From a bacterium (lineage in GTDB: Bacteria > Margulisbacteria > WOR-1 > O2-12-FULL-45-9 > XYB2-FULL-48-7): 64,000 nucleotides of DNA. Below the pieces are notes generated by a model. The model was given only the letters and a program-made list of their open reading frames with translations. It did not search any database and was not told where the DNA came from. The stretch spans positions 1 through 64,000 of the forward strand of contig JBDRLW010000044.1 of NCBI GenBank assembly GCA_043812655.1, in the 5' to 3' direction. Numbering within the stretch: the stretch's first letter is position 1; every line of letters starts with the position of its first letter. The translations under genes and the position numbers were made by a program. Positions 9,550 to 20,823 of this stretch are shown here, in pieces.

Positions 9550-10485
9550 ATGAAGAATCTCAAGTCCAAAAAGATCGCCGTTCTCTGCGGCGGTCGGTCG
9601 GGAGAACGAGAAGTCTCACTCCGCTCCGGCAAAAGAGTTTACGAATCCCTCAAGAGCCAAGGCTTTAATGTCATAAAGATCGACCTGGAAGATAATTTAG
9701 TCGCTACTCTCAAACAGAACAAGATCGATGTTGTTTACAACATCCTCCACGGCCGCTACGGTGAAGACGGGACCGTCCAGGGGATGCTCGAGATTGCCGG
9801 CATCCCTTACACCGGTTCAAAAGTTCTAGCGTCGGCTCTGGCCATGAATAAAGTCGCCGCGAAAAGGATGTTTGACGCTTACAACATCCCGACTCCGCGG
9901 TTTTTGAAGATCGATCGTCAAGGAAATATAAAAGAACAAGCGGAAAGGATCGCTTCCTTTTTTTCTTTTCCTTTGGTAGTCAAGCCAGTATCAGAAGGTT
10001 CCAGCCTGGGTGTTTCGATCGTTAAACATGAAAAAGAGTTGGAAGCGGTCTTAACCAACACTGTCCGCAAGCATAGAGATGTTTTTGTTGAAGAATTTAT
10101 CCCAGGAAAAGAAGTAACGGTCGGAATTATTGGCCGGGACAAAGACCTGCAAGCTTTGCCTATTTTAGAATTAGCGCCTAAAAATGAGTTTTACGATTTT
10201 AAGGCTAAATACACGTCGGGCTTAACTGATTTTATCCTTCCGGCCAGGCTCTCTAAACCTTTAACCGCCAGGGTCCAAGAAACAGCGCTGGCCGCCCACA
10301 AAGCCCTCGGTTGTTACGGTGTCTCTCGGGTTGATATCATTGTTTCCGGCGATCATATCCCTTATGTTACCGAAGTGAACTCTCTCCCCGGCATGACCCA
10401 GCATTCCGACCTGCCGGCCGAAGCGGCCCATATTGGGATCACTTTTGACCAACTAGTGGTAAAAATACTTGAAAGCGCGATCTAG
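9550..10485 (+). CDS. ddl: D-alanine--D-alanine ligase
   Basis: GG.SGEREVSL.SG, HGRYGEDG, EGSS.G, FYDFKAKY, EVNSLPG. Confidence 0.97.
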   Translation: MKNLKSKKIAVLCGGRSGEREVSLRSGKRVYESLKSQGFNVIKIDLEDNLVATLKQNKIDVVYNILHGRYGEDGTVQGMLEIAGIPYTGSKVLASALAMNKVAAKRMFDAYNIPTPRFLKIDRQGNIKEQAERIASFFSFPLVVKPVSEGSSLGVSIVKHEKELEAVLTNTVRKHRDVFVEEFIPGKEVTVGIIGRDKDLQALPILELAPKNEFYDFKAKYTSGLTDFILPARLSKPLTARVQETALAAHKALGCYGVSRVDIIVSGDHIPYVTEVNSLPGMTQHSDLPAEAAHIGITFDQLVVKILESAI

Positions 10486-11197
10486 ACGGAAAAAAAGAAA
10501 ATTCCCCCGGATCATTGTTATGATCCCGGCTCTGGCTCTTCTCTTTTACCTCTCTAATCTCCCCCTTTGGGATATCCAAGAGATCAGGGTCAATGGCGCC
10601 CGTCTCCTTTCGGCAGACGAAATAAAAAAAATCTCCGGTGTTCAGACCGGCAAAAATTTATTTTACTTTAGCTTTGCTGGACCGCGCGCTAATTTAAAGA
10701 AAATTTCAGCGATTGAAGAGTTTCACCTCTATCGCCTGCCCCCGGGAACGGTCTTGATCAATCTTAAAGAACGGAAGCCGATCGCGGTTATCGTCGCGAA
10801 AAACAGTTCCGCCATTGTTGACAATAAAGGCTTTATCCTCAACCACAATCCAAATTTAACCTTGAACATCCCCAATATGACCCAGCTTCCCGTCATTTCC
10901 GGCGTCGGACCGGAAGAATTTTCAAGTAAAGAACAGATCAGCCCTAAAGTTTCCCATTTAATTAACGCGATCTCCACCCAGCTCGGTTCAAAACAGATCA
11001 AACTTGAAATGGGCGGCATGGAAAAGATCAGTTTTCTCCTCGACGACATCCTTAAGGTCAAGCTTGGCCGAAATGAAGCCATCGACCAAAAAATGGCGGT
11101 TTTTAAAAAATTGTTGCCCGTCGTCCAGGGGAAGTGGGCGGGGATTGAATATATTGATGTTCGTTATCCGGACAATCCGGTAGTTAAATACAAATAA
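10469..11197 (+). CDS. ftsQ: Cell division protein FtsQ/DivIB
   Basis: Basic N-terminus, single TM, POTRA domain, ERKP, YIDVR; lies between ddl and ftsZ. Confidence 0.88.
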   Translation: MKARSRRKKRKFPRIIVMIPALALLFYLSNLPLWDIQEIRVNGARLLSADEIKKISGVQTGKNLFYFSFAGPRANLKKISAIEEFHLYRLPPGTVLINLKERKPIAVIVAKNSSAIVDNKGFILNHNPNLTLNIPNMTQLPVISGVGPEEFSSKEQISPKVSHLINAISTQLGSKQIKLEMGGMEKISFLLDDILKVKLGRNEAIDQKMAVFKKLLPVVQGKWAGIEYIDVRYPDNPVVKYK

Positions 11198-11213
11198 TAA
11201 TTTATTATCTTTT

Positions 11214-11320
11214 GCCCTCATCCGCCAGCACTTAAGACTCCCCCTTCTCCCAAAGGGAGAAGGTAGTTCCCCTCTCCCCCTGGGAGAGGGGGAAATGCTA
11301 AGGGGTAGCCGGGTGAGGGC
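11214..11320. repeat. REP/REPIN-like composite palindrome, CCCTCACCCC family (variant)
   Basis: gccctca...tgagggc termini with two ctccc-gggag hairpins. Confidence 0.8.
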
Positions 11321-11367
11321 ATTTTACTTGTCTTGCTTTTAATAACTCCTATGTTACAATATAAGCC

Positions 11368-12432
11368 ATGAATAACAACAATAATATGCAAGGTTTTGCC
11401 ACTATTAAAGTCTTTGGTGTCGGCGGTGGGGGAACAAATGCCGTTAACCGGATGATCTCTGGCGGCGTTAAAGGGGTGGAATTCTGGGGCGCGAATACTG
11501 ACCTGCAAGCTCTTAATGTCTCTCTTGCCGACCACAAACTCCAACTTGGGATGAAGTTAACCCGCGGCCTTGGCGCCGGCTCTAACCCGGAGATCGGGCA
11601 AAAAGCAGCCGAAGAAAGCCGGGATGATATTAAGCTAGCCCTTGAAGGGGCCGACATGGTTTTTTTGACCGCCGGCATGGGCGGCGGGACCGGGACTGGC
11701 GCTTGCCCAGTTATCGCCGAGATCGCTAAAGAACTTGGCTGTTTGACCGTTGGCGTCGTCACCAAACCGTTCCGTTTTGAAGGGCCGGTCAGGATCTCCC
11801 AAGCCGAATCAGGCATTGCCCTGTTAAAAGAAAAAGTTGACGCCTTGATCGTTATCCCGAACGATAAGCTCCTCCAAGTGGTCGAGAGAAAAACCTCGAT
11901 CATTGAAGCTTTTAAAATTGCCGACGACGTCTTGCGCCAGGGAGTTAAAGGGATCTCCGACCTGATCACTGTCCCCGGCCTGATCAACCTCGACTTTGCC
12001 GACGTCAGGACGATCATGTTCGAAGCCGGGTCCGCCATGATGGGGATCGGGACAGCGTCCGGCGAAACCCGGGCAGTCTCGGCGGCCGAAGCGGCAATTT
12101 CTTCCCCGCTCCTTGAAGAGACGATCACCGGCGCGAAAGGGATAATCTTTAATGTTACCGGCAGTTCCGACCTAACTCTCTATGAAGTGAATGAAGCGGC
12201 CGAAGTCATCTACAACGCCGGCGATCCCGACGCCAATATTATCTTTGGCGCGACGATCGACGAAAAACTGCAGGGCGACGTGGTCGTCACCGTCATCGCC
12301 ACCGGTTTTAAAGAATCGCCGAAAAAAGAAAAAGAAGCTTTACCGTTCTTACGGCCAAAGTTGACCCAAGCCAGCGCGCCGGCTAGTTCATCAGCCAAAG
12401 AGAACATTGAACTGCCTCCGTTCATGCGCTGA
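11368..12432 (+). CDS. ftsZ: Cell division GTPase FtsZ
   Basis: GGGTGTG signature, NLDFAD, C-terminal IELPPFMR. Confidence 0.99.
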   Translation: MNNNNNMQGFATIKVFGVGGGGTNAVNRMISGGVKGVEFWGANTDLQALNVSLADHKLQLGMKLTRGLGAGSNPEIGQKAAEESRDDIKLALEGADMVFLTAGMGGGTGTGACPVIAEIAKELGCLTVGVVTKPFRFEGPVRISQAESGIALLKEKVDALIVIPNDKLLQVVERKTSIIEAFKIADDVLRQGVKGISDLITVPGLINLDFADVRTIMFEAGSAMMGIGTASGETRAVSAAEAAISSPLLEETITGAKGIIFNVTGSSDLTLYEVNEAAEVIYNAGDPDANIIFGATIDEKLQGDVVVTVIATGFKESPKKEKEALPFLRPKLTQASAPASSSAKENIELPPFMR

Positions 12433-13022
12433 TGGAAGCCTTTCTTTTTCCCTTTTTAAAATCACTGATCGCTCTCTTTATCATTACCGATTCGCCCGGC
12501 AATCTCCCTTTTTTCCTTGGCTTGACCGACGGGTTAACTATTGAGGAAAAGCGGAAAACTTTTGCCACCGCTGTCCTAACAGGCTTTATTCTCCTTTGTG
12601 TCTTTCTCTTTGCCGGCACAGCCCTTCTTGACCTCTTCGGCGTAACGCTTGATGATTTTAAGATCGCCGGCGGTATCCTGCTCCTCTGGATCGCGATCGA
12701 GATCATGCTCCGCGGCCGGATCAATATTGAACACAAAGAAGATATGGGAGTCGTCCCACTAGGCTGTCCCCTCTTAGTTGGGCCTGGGGCGATCACCACC
12801 GCGCTAGTTTTACTCAAACTTTATGGTTTCTACATTGTAGGCAGCGCGATCGTCGCCTGTTTTATCCTTATCTGGCTCATCTTGCACTTTGCCGACCAAA
12901 TTTATCGGGTCTTAGGCAAGAACGGTTCATTAATATTGACCAAAGTGGCCGCGATCTTGATCGCCGCCATCGCCGTCCAATTTATCAGGCAAGGCATCCT
13001 GGCAATTTTCTTTGTCCGCTAG
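12432..13022 (+). CDS. MarC family membrane protein
   Basis: DSPGNLPFF, FKIAGG, VPLG.PL.VGPGAIT. Confidence 0.9.
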   Translation: MEAFLFPFLKSLIALFIITDSPGNLPFFLGLTDGLTIEEKRKTFATAVLTGFILLCVFLFAGTALLDLFGVTLDDFKIAGGILLLWIAIEIMLRGRINIEHKEDMGVVPLGCPLLVGPGAITTALVLLKLYGFYIVGSAIVACFILIWLILHFADQIYRVLGKNGSLILTKVAAILIAAIAVQFIRQGILAIFFVR

Positions 13023-13057
13023 TTGCTTCACGGACATTTTCATGTAATAATTCCGCC

Positions 13058-14296
13058 ATGGCCGGCAAAGATGCCCTGGTCGGACTAATGAGTTTCTTTT
13101 TCCGTAAAAGGAAAAATTATCAAGAAACCATCAGGAAATACAGCGAAGAGCTCGCTCGCCCAATGCCTGATCTTGACCGTTTTTCTAAGGTTGCCCCCTA
13201 TCTCTTGTGGCGAACCCTTGGCCTTTCCGGCGCTTGTATGCTGGTGCTAGACCAAAAAAAACAGGCCTATTCCGTTAGGGCCGGCAGCGGTGATACGGAG
13301 GAGTTGATCGGCCATAAGGTCGCTGAAAATTCTCCCCTCATGCAAACTTTGTTATCTTCAAAAAAAGAAGTGGTAGCCGAGGGAAAGATCCCTGATGAGA
13401 TAAAGGCCGAGCTGGCCAAGCTCAAAACCGTGGTGGCTATTCCAGTTATTTCAGAAAGTGAATATTTCAGTAAACCAACCCTGCTGGCGATCATTGCCCT
13501 GGGGAAAAAACTATCAGGCGAACATTATGACAAAGATGATCTAATGTTTTTAGAGACCATCGCCAACCAATCGGCGATCAGCATCGAATATTCTTTTATT
13601 TTAGAAGAGCTAAAGAAAAACCAGGAACAGGTCCAAAGATCAGAAAAATTAGCCGCAATCGGCACTACTACCGCCGGCATCGCCCATGAGCTTAAAAATC
13701 CCCTCACTTATCTTCTGACCATCGCCAGCACCATGACCGCCAATTGGGATAATCCTTCGTTCAAAGAAAGCGTCAAAAAAATGTTCCCATCTGAAGTAGC
13801 AAGGATGAAGCTGATCATCGACGGCCTCTCTGATTTTTCCAAATCCCATGAACTCCGCCTGGCGCCGGTCGACCTTGGGATCATTTTTGACCGGGCCATC
13901 GCCCTTTTAAGTTTTGAAGCGCGGAAAAACAACGTTAGCTTCGTGAAAGAGTTTTCCAGCCCCAAGGCCATCGCCGACAAAGACCGGCTTATCCAGGTCT
14001 TTATCAATATTATCGCCAATGCGATCCAAGCAATGTGGGATAAAGGCGGGAAAATAAATATTTCGGCTATTTCTGAAGGGGACATTGCCAAGATCTCTAT
14101 TGCCGACAATGGCCCAGGAATGCCGGAAGAGACCGTAAAAAAGGTCTTTGATCCTTTTTTCACGACCAAAGAAACAGGGACTGGCCTTGGGCTTTCCATT
14201 ACCAAAAAGATCATTGATGAACATAATGGTAAGCTAGAAGTCAAAAGTAAAGTTGGCGTAGGAACGACCTTCACCATTTGCCTGCCAAGAGCGTAA
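13058..14296 (+). CDS. GAF-domain sensor histidine kinase (orphan)
   Basis: AHELKNPL H-box, N..NA.QA, DNGPG, FDPFFTTK, GTGLGL. Confidence 0.92.
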   Translation: MAGKDALVGLMSFFFRKRKNYQETIRKYSEELARPMPDLDRFSKVAPYLLWRTLGLSGACMLVLDQKKQAYSVRAGSGDTEELIGHKVAENSPLMQTLLSSKKEVVAEGKIPDEIKAELAKLKTVVAIPVISESEYFSKPTLLAIIALGKKLSGEHYDKDDLMFLETIANQSAISIEYSFILEELKKNQEQVQRSEKLAAIGTTTAGIAHELKNPLTYLLTIASTMTANWDNPSFKESVKKMFPSEVARMKLIIDGLSDFSKSHELRLAPVDLGIIFDRAIALLSFEARKNNVSFVKEFSSPKAIADKDRLIQVFINIIANAIQAMWDKGGKINISAISEGDIAKISIADNGPGMPEETVKKVFDPFFTTKETGTGLGLSITKKIIDEHNGKLEVKSKVGVGTTFTICLPRA

Positions 14297-14315
14297 CATG
14301 TTAAAATAGTCGGTA

Positions 14316-17084
14316 ATGGAGTACAAGCACACCCTTAACCTCCCGCAAACTGACTTTCCGATCAGGGCCAACCTCTCTAATGTAGAGGCAAACTGCTATG
14401 AACAGTGGGATAAAGGGGATATTTACCATAAAATTCAGGCAAAGGCGCAGGCAGAGGCAAAGGAAACTTATCTCCTTCACGATGGACCACCATACCCGAA
14501 CGGCGACATCCATTTAGGTCATGCCTTAAACAAGATTCTCAAAGATATTATTGTTAAATATAAATCGATGAGCGGATTCTGCGCCCCCTACATCCCCGGC
14601 TGGGATTGCCACGGCTTGCCGATCGAAGCACAACTTATTAAGATTTTAAGCGAAGAAGAAAGGCATAAATATCGAGAGCCCTCACATAAGACCGAATTCA
14701 GAAATAGATGCAAAGAATACGCTCTGAAATATGTTGATCTGCAAAGGACTGAATTTAAAAAACTCGGCATTTTTGGAGAGTGGGATAAGCCTTATCTAAC
14801 GATCGATCACGACTATGAAGCCAAGATCATTGAGTTGTTCGGAATTCTGGCCGAAAAAGGTTATGTCTACCGCGGCCTCAAACCGATCCACTGGTGCCCA
14901 CAGTGTGAAACCGCTTTAGCTGAAGCCGAGATTGAATATGAAGATGATCGGTCGCCTTCTATTTATGTGAAATTCCAAGTTCCAATCTCCAAATTACAAA
15001 CAAATTCCAATACCAAAAACTTCAATTCACCAAACGATCTACCTTTGTCGGTAGTCATTTGGACGACAACACCCTGGACGCTGCCTGCTAACGTGGCGGT
15101 CGCGGCACATCCGGAATTAGAATACATATTTTTAAGGGTCAAGGGTCCAGGGTCAAGTAGCCAGGAAGAGATTTATATTATCGCCGAAGGCTTGGTTGAA
15201 GATTTCATTAAACGATTAAATCTCGATAACTATGAAGTAGTCAGCAAGGTTAAAGGAAGAGAATTAGAAGGTCTTGTTTGCCAACATCCTTTTATCGACC
15301 GAAAGGTACCGGTCGTCCTCGATCAATTGGTTACTCTTGAACAAGGGACAGGCTTTGTTCATATTGCCCCGGGCCATGGAGCAGAGGATTACGGAGTCGG
15401 ACTAAAATATAAACTGCCGATCATCATGCCGGTCGACGACCGGGGTTATTTTGACAATTCCGTTCCCGATTTTATTAAAGGGAAACATTACGATGAAGCT
15501 AATAAAATAATTACCCAAAAGATGCAGGCGGATGGGACGCTCCTCAAGCTGGAATTCTTTAAACATTCTTATCCCCACTGCTGGCGCTGTAAAAAGCCAG
15601 TTATTTTCCGAGCGACCGAACAATGGTTTATTTCGGTCGACAAACATCATTTAAGGGAAGAAGCCTTAAAGGCGATCGGCCACACTAAATGGTATCCCGC
15701 TTGGGGTGAAAACCGGATCAGGGGAATGGTCGAGACCCGCCCCGACTGGTGTGTTTCGCGGCAAAGATCGTGGGGTGTGCCAATTCCGGCTTTCTATTGT
15801 AAAGCATGTAAGAAACCGCTGATGACTGGCATATTCAATCAAGCGATCCAAGCTCTGGTCAAAAAAGAAGGAACTAATGGCTGGTTCGCTAAAGAGGCCA
15901 AAGATATTCTGCCCGCTGGCACAAAATGTCCCTATTGCTCCGGCACGGAATTTACCAAAGAGACCGATATTTTAGACGTCTGGTTTGAATCCGGTTCATC
16001 TTATGCTTCGGTCATCGGCAAGCAAGCCGACCTCTATCTTGAAGGCTCGGACCAGCACCGCGGTTGGTTCCAATCATCGCTCCTTATCTCTGTCGGCCAC
16101 CAAGGCCACGCTCCGTTCAAGTCCGTCCTAACCCACGGCTTCACCATCGACGATAAAGGGAAAAAGATGAGCAAGTCACTCGGCAATGTCATCGACCCGC
16201 AAGAAGTCGTTAAACGCTACGGCGCCGATGTTTTAAGGCTTTGGGTCGCTTCCACCGACTTCCGCAACGATATGGCCGCGTCGGAAAAGATCCTCAAACA
16301 AGTGCAGGAGGCATATTTAAAAATCAGAAATACCTGCCGGTTCTTGATCAGTAACCTTTACGACTGGACCCTTGCCCCTGGCCCCTTGACCCTACTTGAG
16401 ATCGACCGCTGGATCTTGCTAAAACTCAACCGCCTGATTGAAAAAACGACCAAAGCTTACGACGAATTTGAATTCCACCAGGTCTACCACGGACTCTACG
16501 ATTTTTGCGTTAACGACCTTTCCGCCTTATATCTTGATATGTCCAAGGATCGACTCTATTGCGGCGGAAAAACTTCAATTGAGCGGCAATCAGCCCAATA
16601 TGCCATGAACGAAATCCTACACGCCCTAATTAAATTAATGGCCCCGATCCTTTCTTTCACAGCGGAAGACATTAATGGATACAAAATGAAAAATGACTTA
16701 ATGAAAAATGAAGGCAGTGTATTTTTATTGGATTTCCCAAAAGCGAGCAAAGAATACCTCGACGAAAAACTCGAAGAAAAATGGCATATAATACTAGAAG
16801 TTCGGGAAAAGGCTTATCGGCAGATCGAAGCTGTCCGCGCGGTCAAGACTATCGGCAGTTCGCTCGATGCCGCGGTGGAAATTTCCGCCAAAGGACCAGT
16901 CCTTGATGTCCTAAGATCGGTTGAAGACCTTCTCCCCACAATATTAATTGTCTCTAATGTTACCCTTTCTGAAGGCGAAGCTAATTATAAAGTTACTCAT
17001 GCCCCTGGTGAAAAATGCCCCAGATGCTGGAAGTGGAGCGAAGCTACTCCTCTTTGCCCAAGATGCGCGGCAGTCACAAAATAA
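14316..17084 (+). CDS. ileS: Isoleucine--tRNA ligase
   Basis: HDGPPY, HLGH, WTTTPWT, KMSKS, C-terminal zinc finger. Confidence 0.98.
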   Translation: MEYKHTLNLPQTDFPIRANLSNVEANCYEQWDKGDIYHKIQAKAQAEAKETYLLHDGPPYPNGDIHLGHALNKILKDIIVKYKSMSGFCAPYIPGWDCHGLPIEAQLIKILSEEERHKYREPSHKTEFRNRCKEYALKYVDLQRTEFKKLGIFGEWDKPYLTIDHDYEAKIIELFGILAEKGYVYRGLKPIHWCPQCETALAEAEIEYEDDRSPSIYVKFQVPISKLQTNSNTKNFNSPNDLPLSVVIWTTTPWTLPANVAVAAHPELEYIFLRVKGPGSSSQEEIYIIAEGLVEDFIKRLNLDNYEVVSKVKGRELEGLVCQHPFIDRKVPVVLDQLVTLEQGTGFVHIAPGHGAEDYGVGLKYKLPIIMPVDDRGYFDNSVPDFIKGKHYDEANKIITQKMQADGTLLKLEFFKHSYPHCWRCKKPVIFRATEQWFISVDKHHLREEALKAIGHTKWYPAWGENRIRGMVETRPDWCVSRQRSWGVPIPAFYCKACKKPLMTGIFNQAIQALVKKEGTNGWFAKEAKDILPAGTKCPYCSGTEFTKETDILDVWFESGSSYASVIGKQADLYLEGSDQHRGWFQSSLLISVGHQGHAPFKSVLTHGFTIDDKGKKMSKSLGNVIDPQEVVKRYGADVLRLWVASTDFRNDMAASEKILKQVQEAYLKIRNTCRFLISNLYDWTLAPGPLTLLEIDRWILLKLNRLIEKTTKAYDEFEFHQVYHGLYDFCVNDLSALYLDMSKDRLYCGGKTSIERQSAQYAMNEILHALIKLMAPILSFTAEDINGYKMKNDLMKNEGSVFLLDFPKASKEYLDEKLEEKWHIILEVREKAYRQIEAVRAVKTIGSSLDAAVEISAKGPVLDVLRSVEDLLPTILIVSNVTLSEGEANYKVTHAPGEKCPRCWKWSEATPLCPRCAAVTK
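14970..15035 (+). repeat. Degenerate heptamer tract (AAATTCC-like) in frame in ileS
   Basis: aaattcc aagttcc aatctcc aaattac aaac aaattcc aatacca... Confidence 0.85.
15134..15160 (+). repeat. Heptamer tract (AAGGGTC) in ileS
   Basis: aagggtc aagggtc cagggtc aag. Confidence 0.75.
16367..16394 (+). repeat. Heptamer tract (GACCCTT, reverse complement of AAGGGTC) in ileS
   Basis: gaccctt gcccctg gcccctt gacccta. Confidence 0.7.
16683..16714 (+). repeat. Heptamer tract (AAAATGA) in ileS
   Basis: aaaatga aaaatga cttaatga aaaatga agg. Confidence 0.7.
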
Positions 17085-17097
17085 CTCTCTAAAAAAC

Positions 17098-17125
17098 TGA
17101 AATTTTTCCGATAATTTATCGATAT
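17098..17125 (+). promoter_or_regulatory. Putative alternative-sigma (sigma28/sigmaD-like) promoter
   Basis: TGAAAT-N16-CGATAT, 20 nt before ATG 17146; recurs with the same spacing at other loci. Confidence 0.6.
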
Positions 17126-17145
17126 ATATATAGGGGTTTTCACTA

Positions 17146-17700
17146 ATGAAAAAAAGACTGATCGTCATCTTTATTATCCTTATTTGTTTATCCCCATTGT
17201 TTGTGATGGGCCGGGTTTCTTTAAGCAAAGAAAACCTGCGCTTACTATACTTAAGGCAACAAGCCCTTGAATTCGCGGAAAAATACAAAGACCGGCCGGC
17301 CATTTTCATCAGTAAAAAAGACCATCTTTTATACTTTTGCAAAAACGGCGAGATCGTAGAGAACGACCGTTGGAACGGGCAAGCCTACAGCTTTCCCGTC
17401 AAGGTTTCGCTAGCCAGCAAGTATTACAAAACGCCTGAAGGGGAAATGTTCATCAGCCACAAAAACCCTAAAAGCCAGTTCATCCTTTTTCTTGGGTTTA
17501 GCTATCCAGGGACTTATGGCCTCCACAGCGGCGTAACACGTTTAGCCTCTTACCTTGAAAAACAGGAGAAAAAAGATCCTGATTTTACTTTTGTGACCAA
17601 AAAAGATGATACTAGAGGCTGTGTCGCGGTTGAAAATAGGGTGATCAAGTATCTCTACGCCAATGTCCCGGTAAAAACCCCGGTCTTGATCGTCCCTTAA
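17146..17700 (+). CDS. L,D-transpeptidase (YkuD) family protein
   Basis: N-terminal TM, TPEG, YGLH...TRGCVA His/Cys motif. Confidence 0.8.
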   Translation: MKKRLIVIFIILICLSPLFVMGRVSLSKENLRLLYLRQQALEFAEKYKDRPAIFISKKDHLLYFCKNGEIVENDRWNGQAYSFPVKVSLASKYYKTPEGEMFISHKNPKSQFILFLGFSYPGTYGLHSGVTRLASYLEKQEKKDPDFTFVTKKDDTRGCVAVENRVIKYLYANVPVKTPVLIVP

Positions 17701-17728
17701 TTTCCTTTTTCTGCCCTTGCAACTCCCC

Positions 17729-17756
17729 TGAAATTTTTTCCAATTACTGCCGATGA
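17729..17756 (+). promoter_or_regulatory. Putative alternative-sigma promoter
   Basis: TGAAAT-N16-CGATGA (GCCGATGA), 14 nt before ATG 17771. Confidence 0.55.
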
Positions 17757-17770
17757 AGGATTGAGAAGAT

Positions 17771-17962
17771 ATGGCAAACAATAATTATAACAATCCTAAT
17801 AATTCTAGCAATAAAGTGAAAAAGGACTCAATTTCATCTTTTGGCGGTTATTTTGCCTCGCCCAACCTCGACAATTTCCAGCGGATGCTCGAGTATCTGG
17901 AAAAATCAGGCCAAACCCTTCACGTTCGCAAGAAGATCGTTAAGATTAAACCTGCCAATTAG
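17771..17962 (+). CDS. Small hypothetical protein (63 aa)
   Basis: Fills the intergenic gap and is preceded by the promoter-like motif; no family recognised. Confidence 0.55.
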   Translation: MANNNYNNPNNSSNKVKKDSISSFGGYFASPNLDNFQRMLEYLEKSGQTLHVRKKIVKIKPAN

Positions 17963-17978
17963 TCCCCTTTTATGTTAA

Positions 17979-19280
<1,302 letters not shown>

Positions 19281-19553
19281 ATGATCAGCGAAGAAGAAAA
19301 ATTAATTGAGGCAATAGAAAGGGTCAGGCGGGATAAGCACCAGCCTTGGCACTATATCATGTTCACCTTTTTAAATGGCATTGCTTATGGCCTTGGGGTA
19401 GCGTTGGGCATGACAATTATCCTCGGGCTCACCATTTTCCTTTTGACAAAAGTCCTGTCCAGCCTGATCAACTTTCCGGTTGTCGGTTATTACGTTAGTG
19501 AACTGACAAAAATGTTAGACACCTATATCAAACATGGCCCTAAGATCAGATAG
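19281..19553 (+). CDS. Small membrane protein (DUF5665-like)
   Basis: F..G...G.G..LG.T hydrophobic segment then P.VG. Confidence 0.65.
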   Translation: MISEEEKLIEAIERVRRDKHQPWHYIMFTFLNGIAYGLGVALGMTIILGLTIFLLTKVLSSLINFPVVGYYVSELTKMLDTYIKHGPKIR

Positions 19554-19584
19554 TCAACATAAAACGGCCTACAAAGGTGGGTAA

Positions 19585-20037
19585 ATGCTTTTTTATTTTA
19601 TCGTTTTCCTGATCATTACCGTTGACCAATTATTGAAATATTTAGTCCACTATTATATCCATCTTGGCCAATCTATCCAGATCATAAATAATATCCTTAA
19701 ATTAACTTATGTCAGGAATACCGGCGCGGCCTTTTCCCTCTTTGTCGGTTATTCTTCCGGTTTGGCCGCGATCAGCCTGATGGTTGTGATCGCAATAATT
19801 TATTTCCACTATAAAAAGCCGAATGATCGTTTACTCCAGCTTGGTTTAGCCAGCCTACTGGGAGGGAGCCTTGGCAATTTGGTTGATCGCTTAACCCGCG
19901 GTTTTGTTGTTGATTATATTGACTTTGGCTTTTGGCCGGTCTTTAATTTTGCCGATATCATGATCAATGTAGGCGTCGCTATTTTAGCTTATTCAATCTT
20001 AATAGGAGGTCGCAACCATGCATCCGACAATTGCTAA
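19585..20037 (+). CDS. lspA: Lipoprotein signal peptidase II
   Basis: DQ..K, NTGAAF, GNLVDR, VVDYI, FNFAD. Confidence 0.96.
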   Translation: MLFYFIVFLIITVDQLLKYLVHYYIHLGQSIQIINNILKLTYVRNTGAAFSLFVGYSSGLAAISLMVVIAIIYFHYKKPNDRLLQLGLASLLGGSLGNLVDRLTRGFVVDYIDFGFWPVFNFADIMINVGVAILAYSILIGGRNHASDNC

Positions 20038-20764
20038 GATCGGCCCTTTTGTTTTCCATACTTATGGGTTAATGGTAGCGACCGGCGTTTTGCTGTGGCT
20101 CGCGATCTCCCTCTACTTTGCCAAGAAGGAAAAGATCGAAGCCCAAACTATTTTTGACCTGGCCATTTATGTGATCATCGCGTCGGTCATTGGCGCCCGC
20201 CTCTTTTATGTCCTTGGGCAGCCCGAATATTTCCGCCGCCACCCTTTCGATATCATCATGGTCCAAAATGGGGGGCTCGTTTTTTTAGGCGGCTTAATAC
20301 TAGGATTATTAAGCATTATTATTTTTGCCAAAAAGTATAAGCTTCCCCTGGCCAAGATCCTTGATATCCTAACGCCCGGAGTGATCATAGGTTATGCGCT
20401 CGGCCGGATCGGCTGTTTTTTTAACGGCTGTTGTTTTGGGCTTCCCACCGAGCTCCCCTGGGGGATGGCTTTCCCCCACGACTGCCTGGCTGGCACTTTT
20501 TTCCCTTACAGCCATATCCATCCAACCCAGCTCTACTCATCATTAATAGCTTTTTTGATCTTTGGCCTCCTCCTTTGGCAATACCCGCGGAAAAGTTATG
20601 ACGGGCAGATCTTTTACTGGGGAATAATCCTGTATTCTATTTATCGTTTTCTGATCGAATTTATCCGCTTCAGCCCCATGCACTGGTTCTCCCTAACCCC
20701 CTCGCAGTGGCTCTCACTAGTTATCTTAGTTGTCGTGATCCTAATTTTCCGGCAGAAGAAGTAG
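20018..20764 (+). CDS. lgt: Prolipoprotein diacylglyceryl transferase
   Basis: YG, GARLFYV, GRIGCFFNGCC, HPTQLY, RF..EF.R. Confidence 0.95.
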   Translation: MHPTIAKIGPFVFHTYGLMVATGVLLWLAISLYFAKKEKIEAQTIFDLAIYVIIASVIGARLFYVLGQPEYFRRHPFDIIMVQNGGLVFLGGLILGLLSIIIFAKKYKLPLAKILDILTPGVIIGYALGRIGCFFNGCCFGLPTELPWGMAFPHDCLAGTFFPYSHIHPTQLYSSLIAFLIFGLLLWQYPRKSYDGQIFYWGIILYSIYRFLIEFIRFSPMHWFSLTPSQWLSLVILVVVILIFRQKK

Positions 20765-20800
20765 CCCTCACCCCCGGCCCCTCTCCCAGAGGGAGAGGGG
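20764..20800. repeat. Single REP unit, CCCTCACCCC family
   Basis: gccctcacccccggcccctctcccagagggagagggg directly at the lgt stop codon. Confidence 0.85.
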
Positions 20801-20823
20801 TGGTTTTTATTTTTATTATTCAT

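Noticed and set aside
11349..12128. Long antisense ORFs (also 31643-32395, 32495-33118, 48899-49873, 6920-7516, 13708-14277)
   Set aside because: Shadows of well-supported genes on the opposite strand, with no recognisable motifs.
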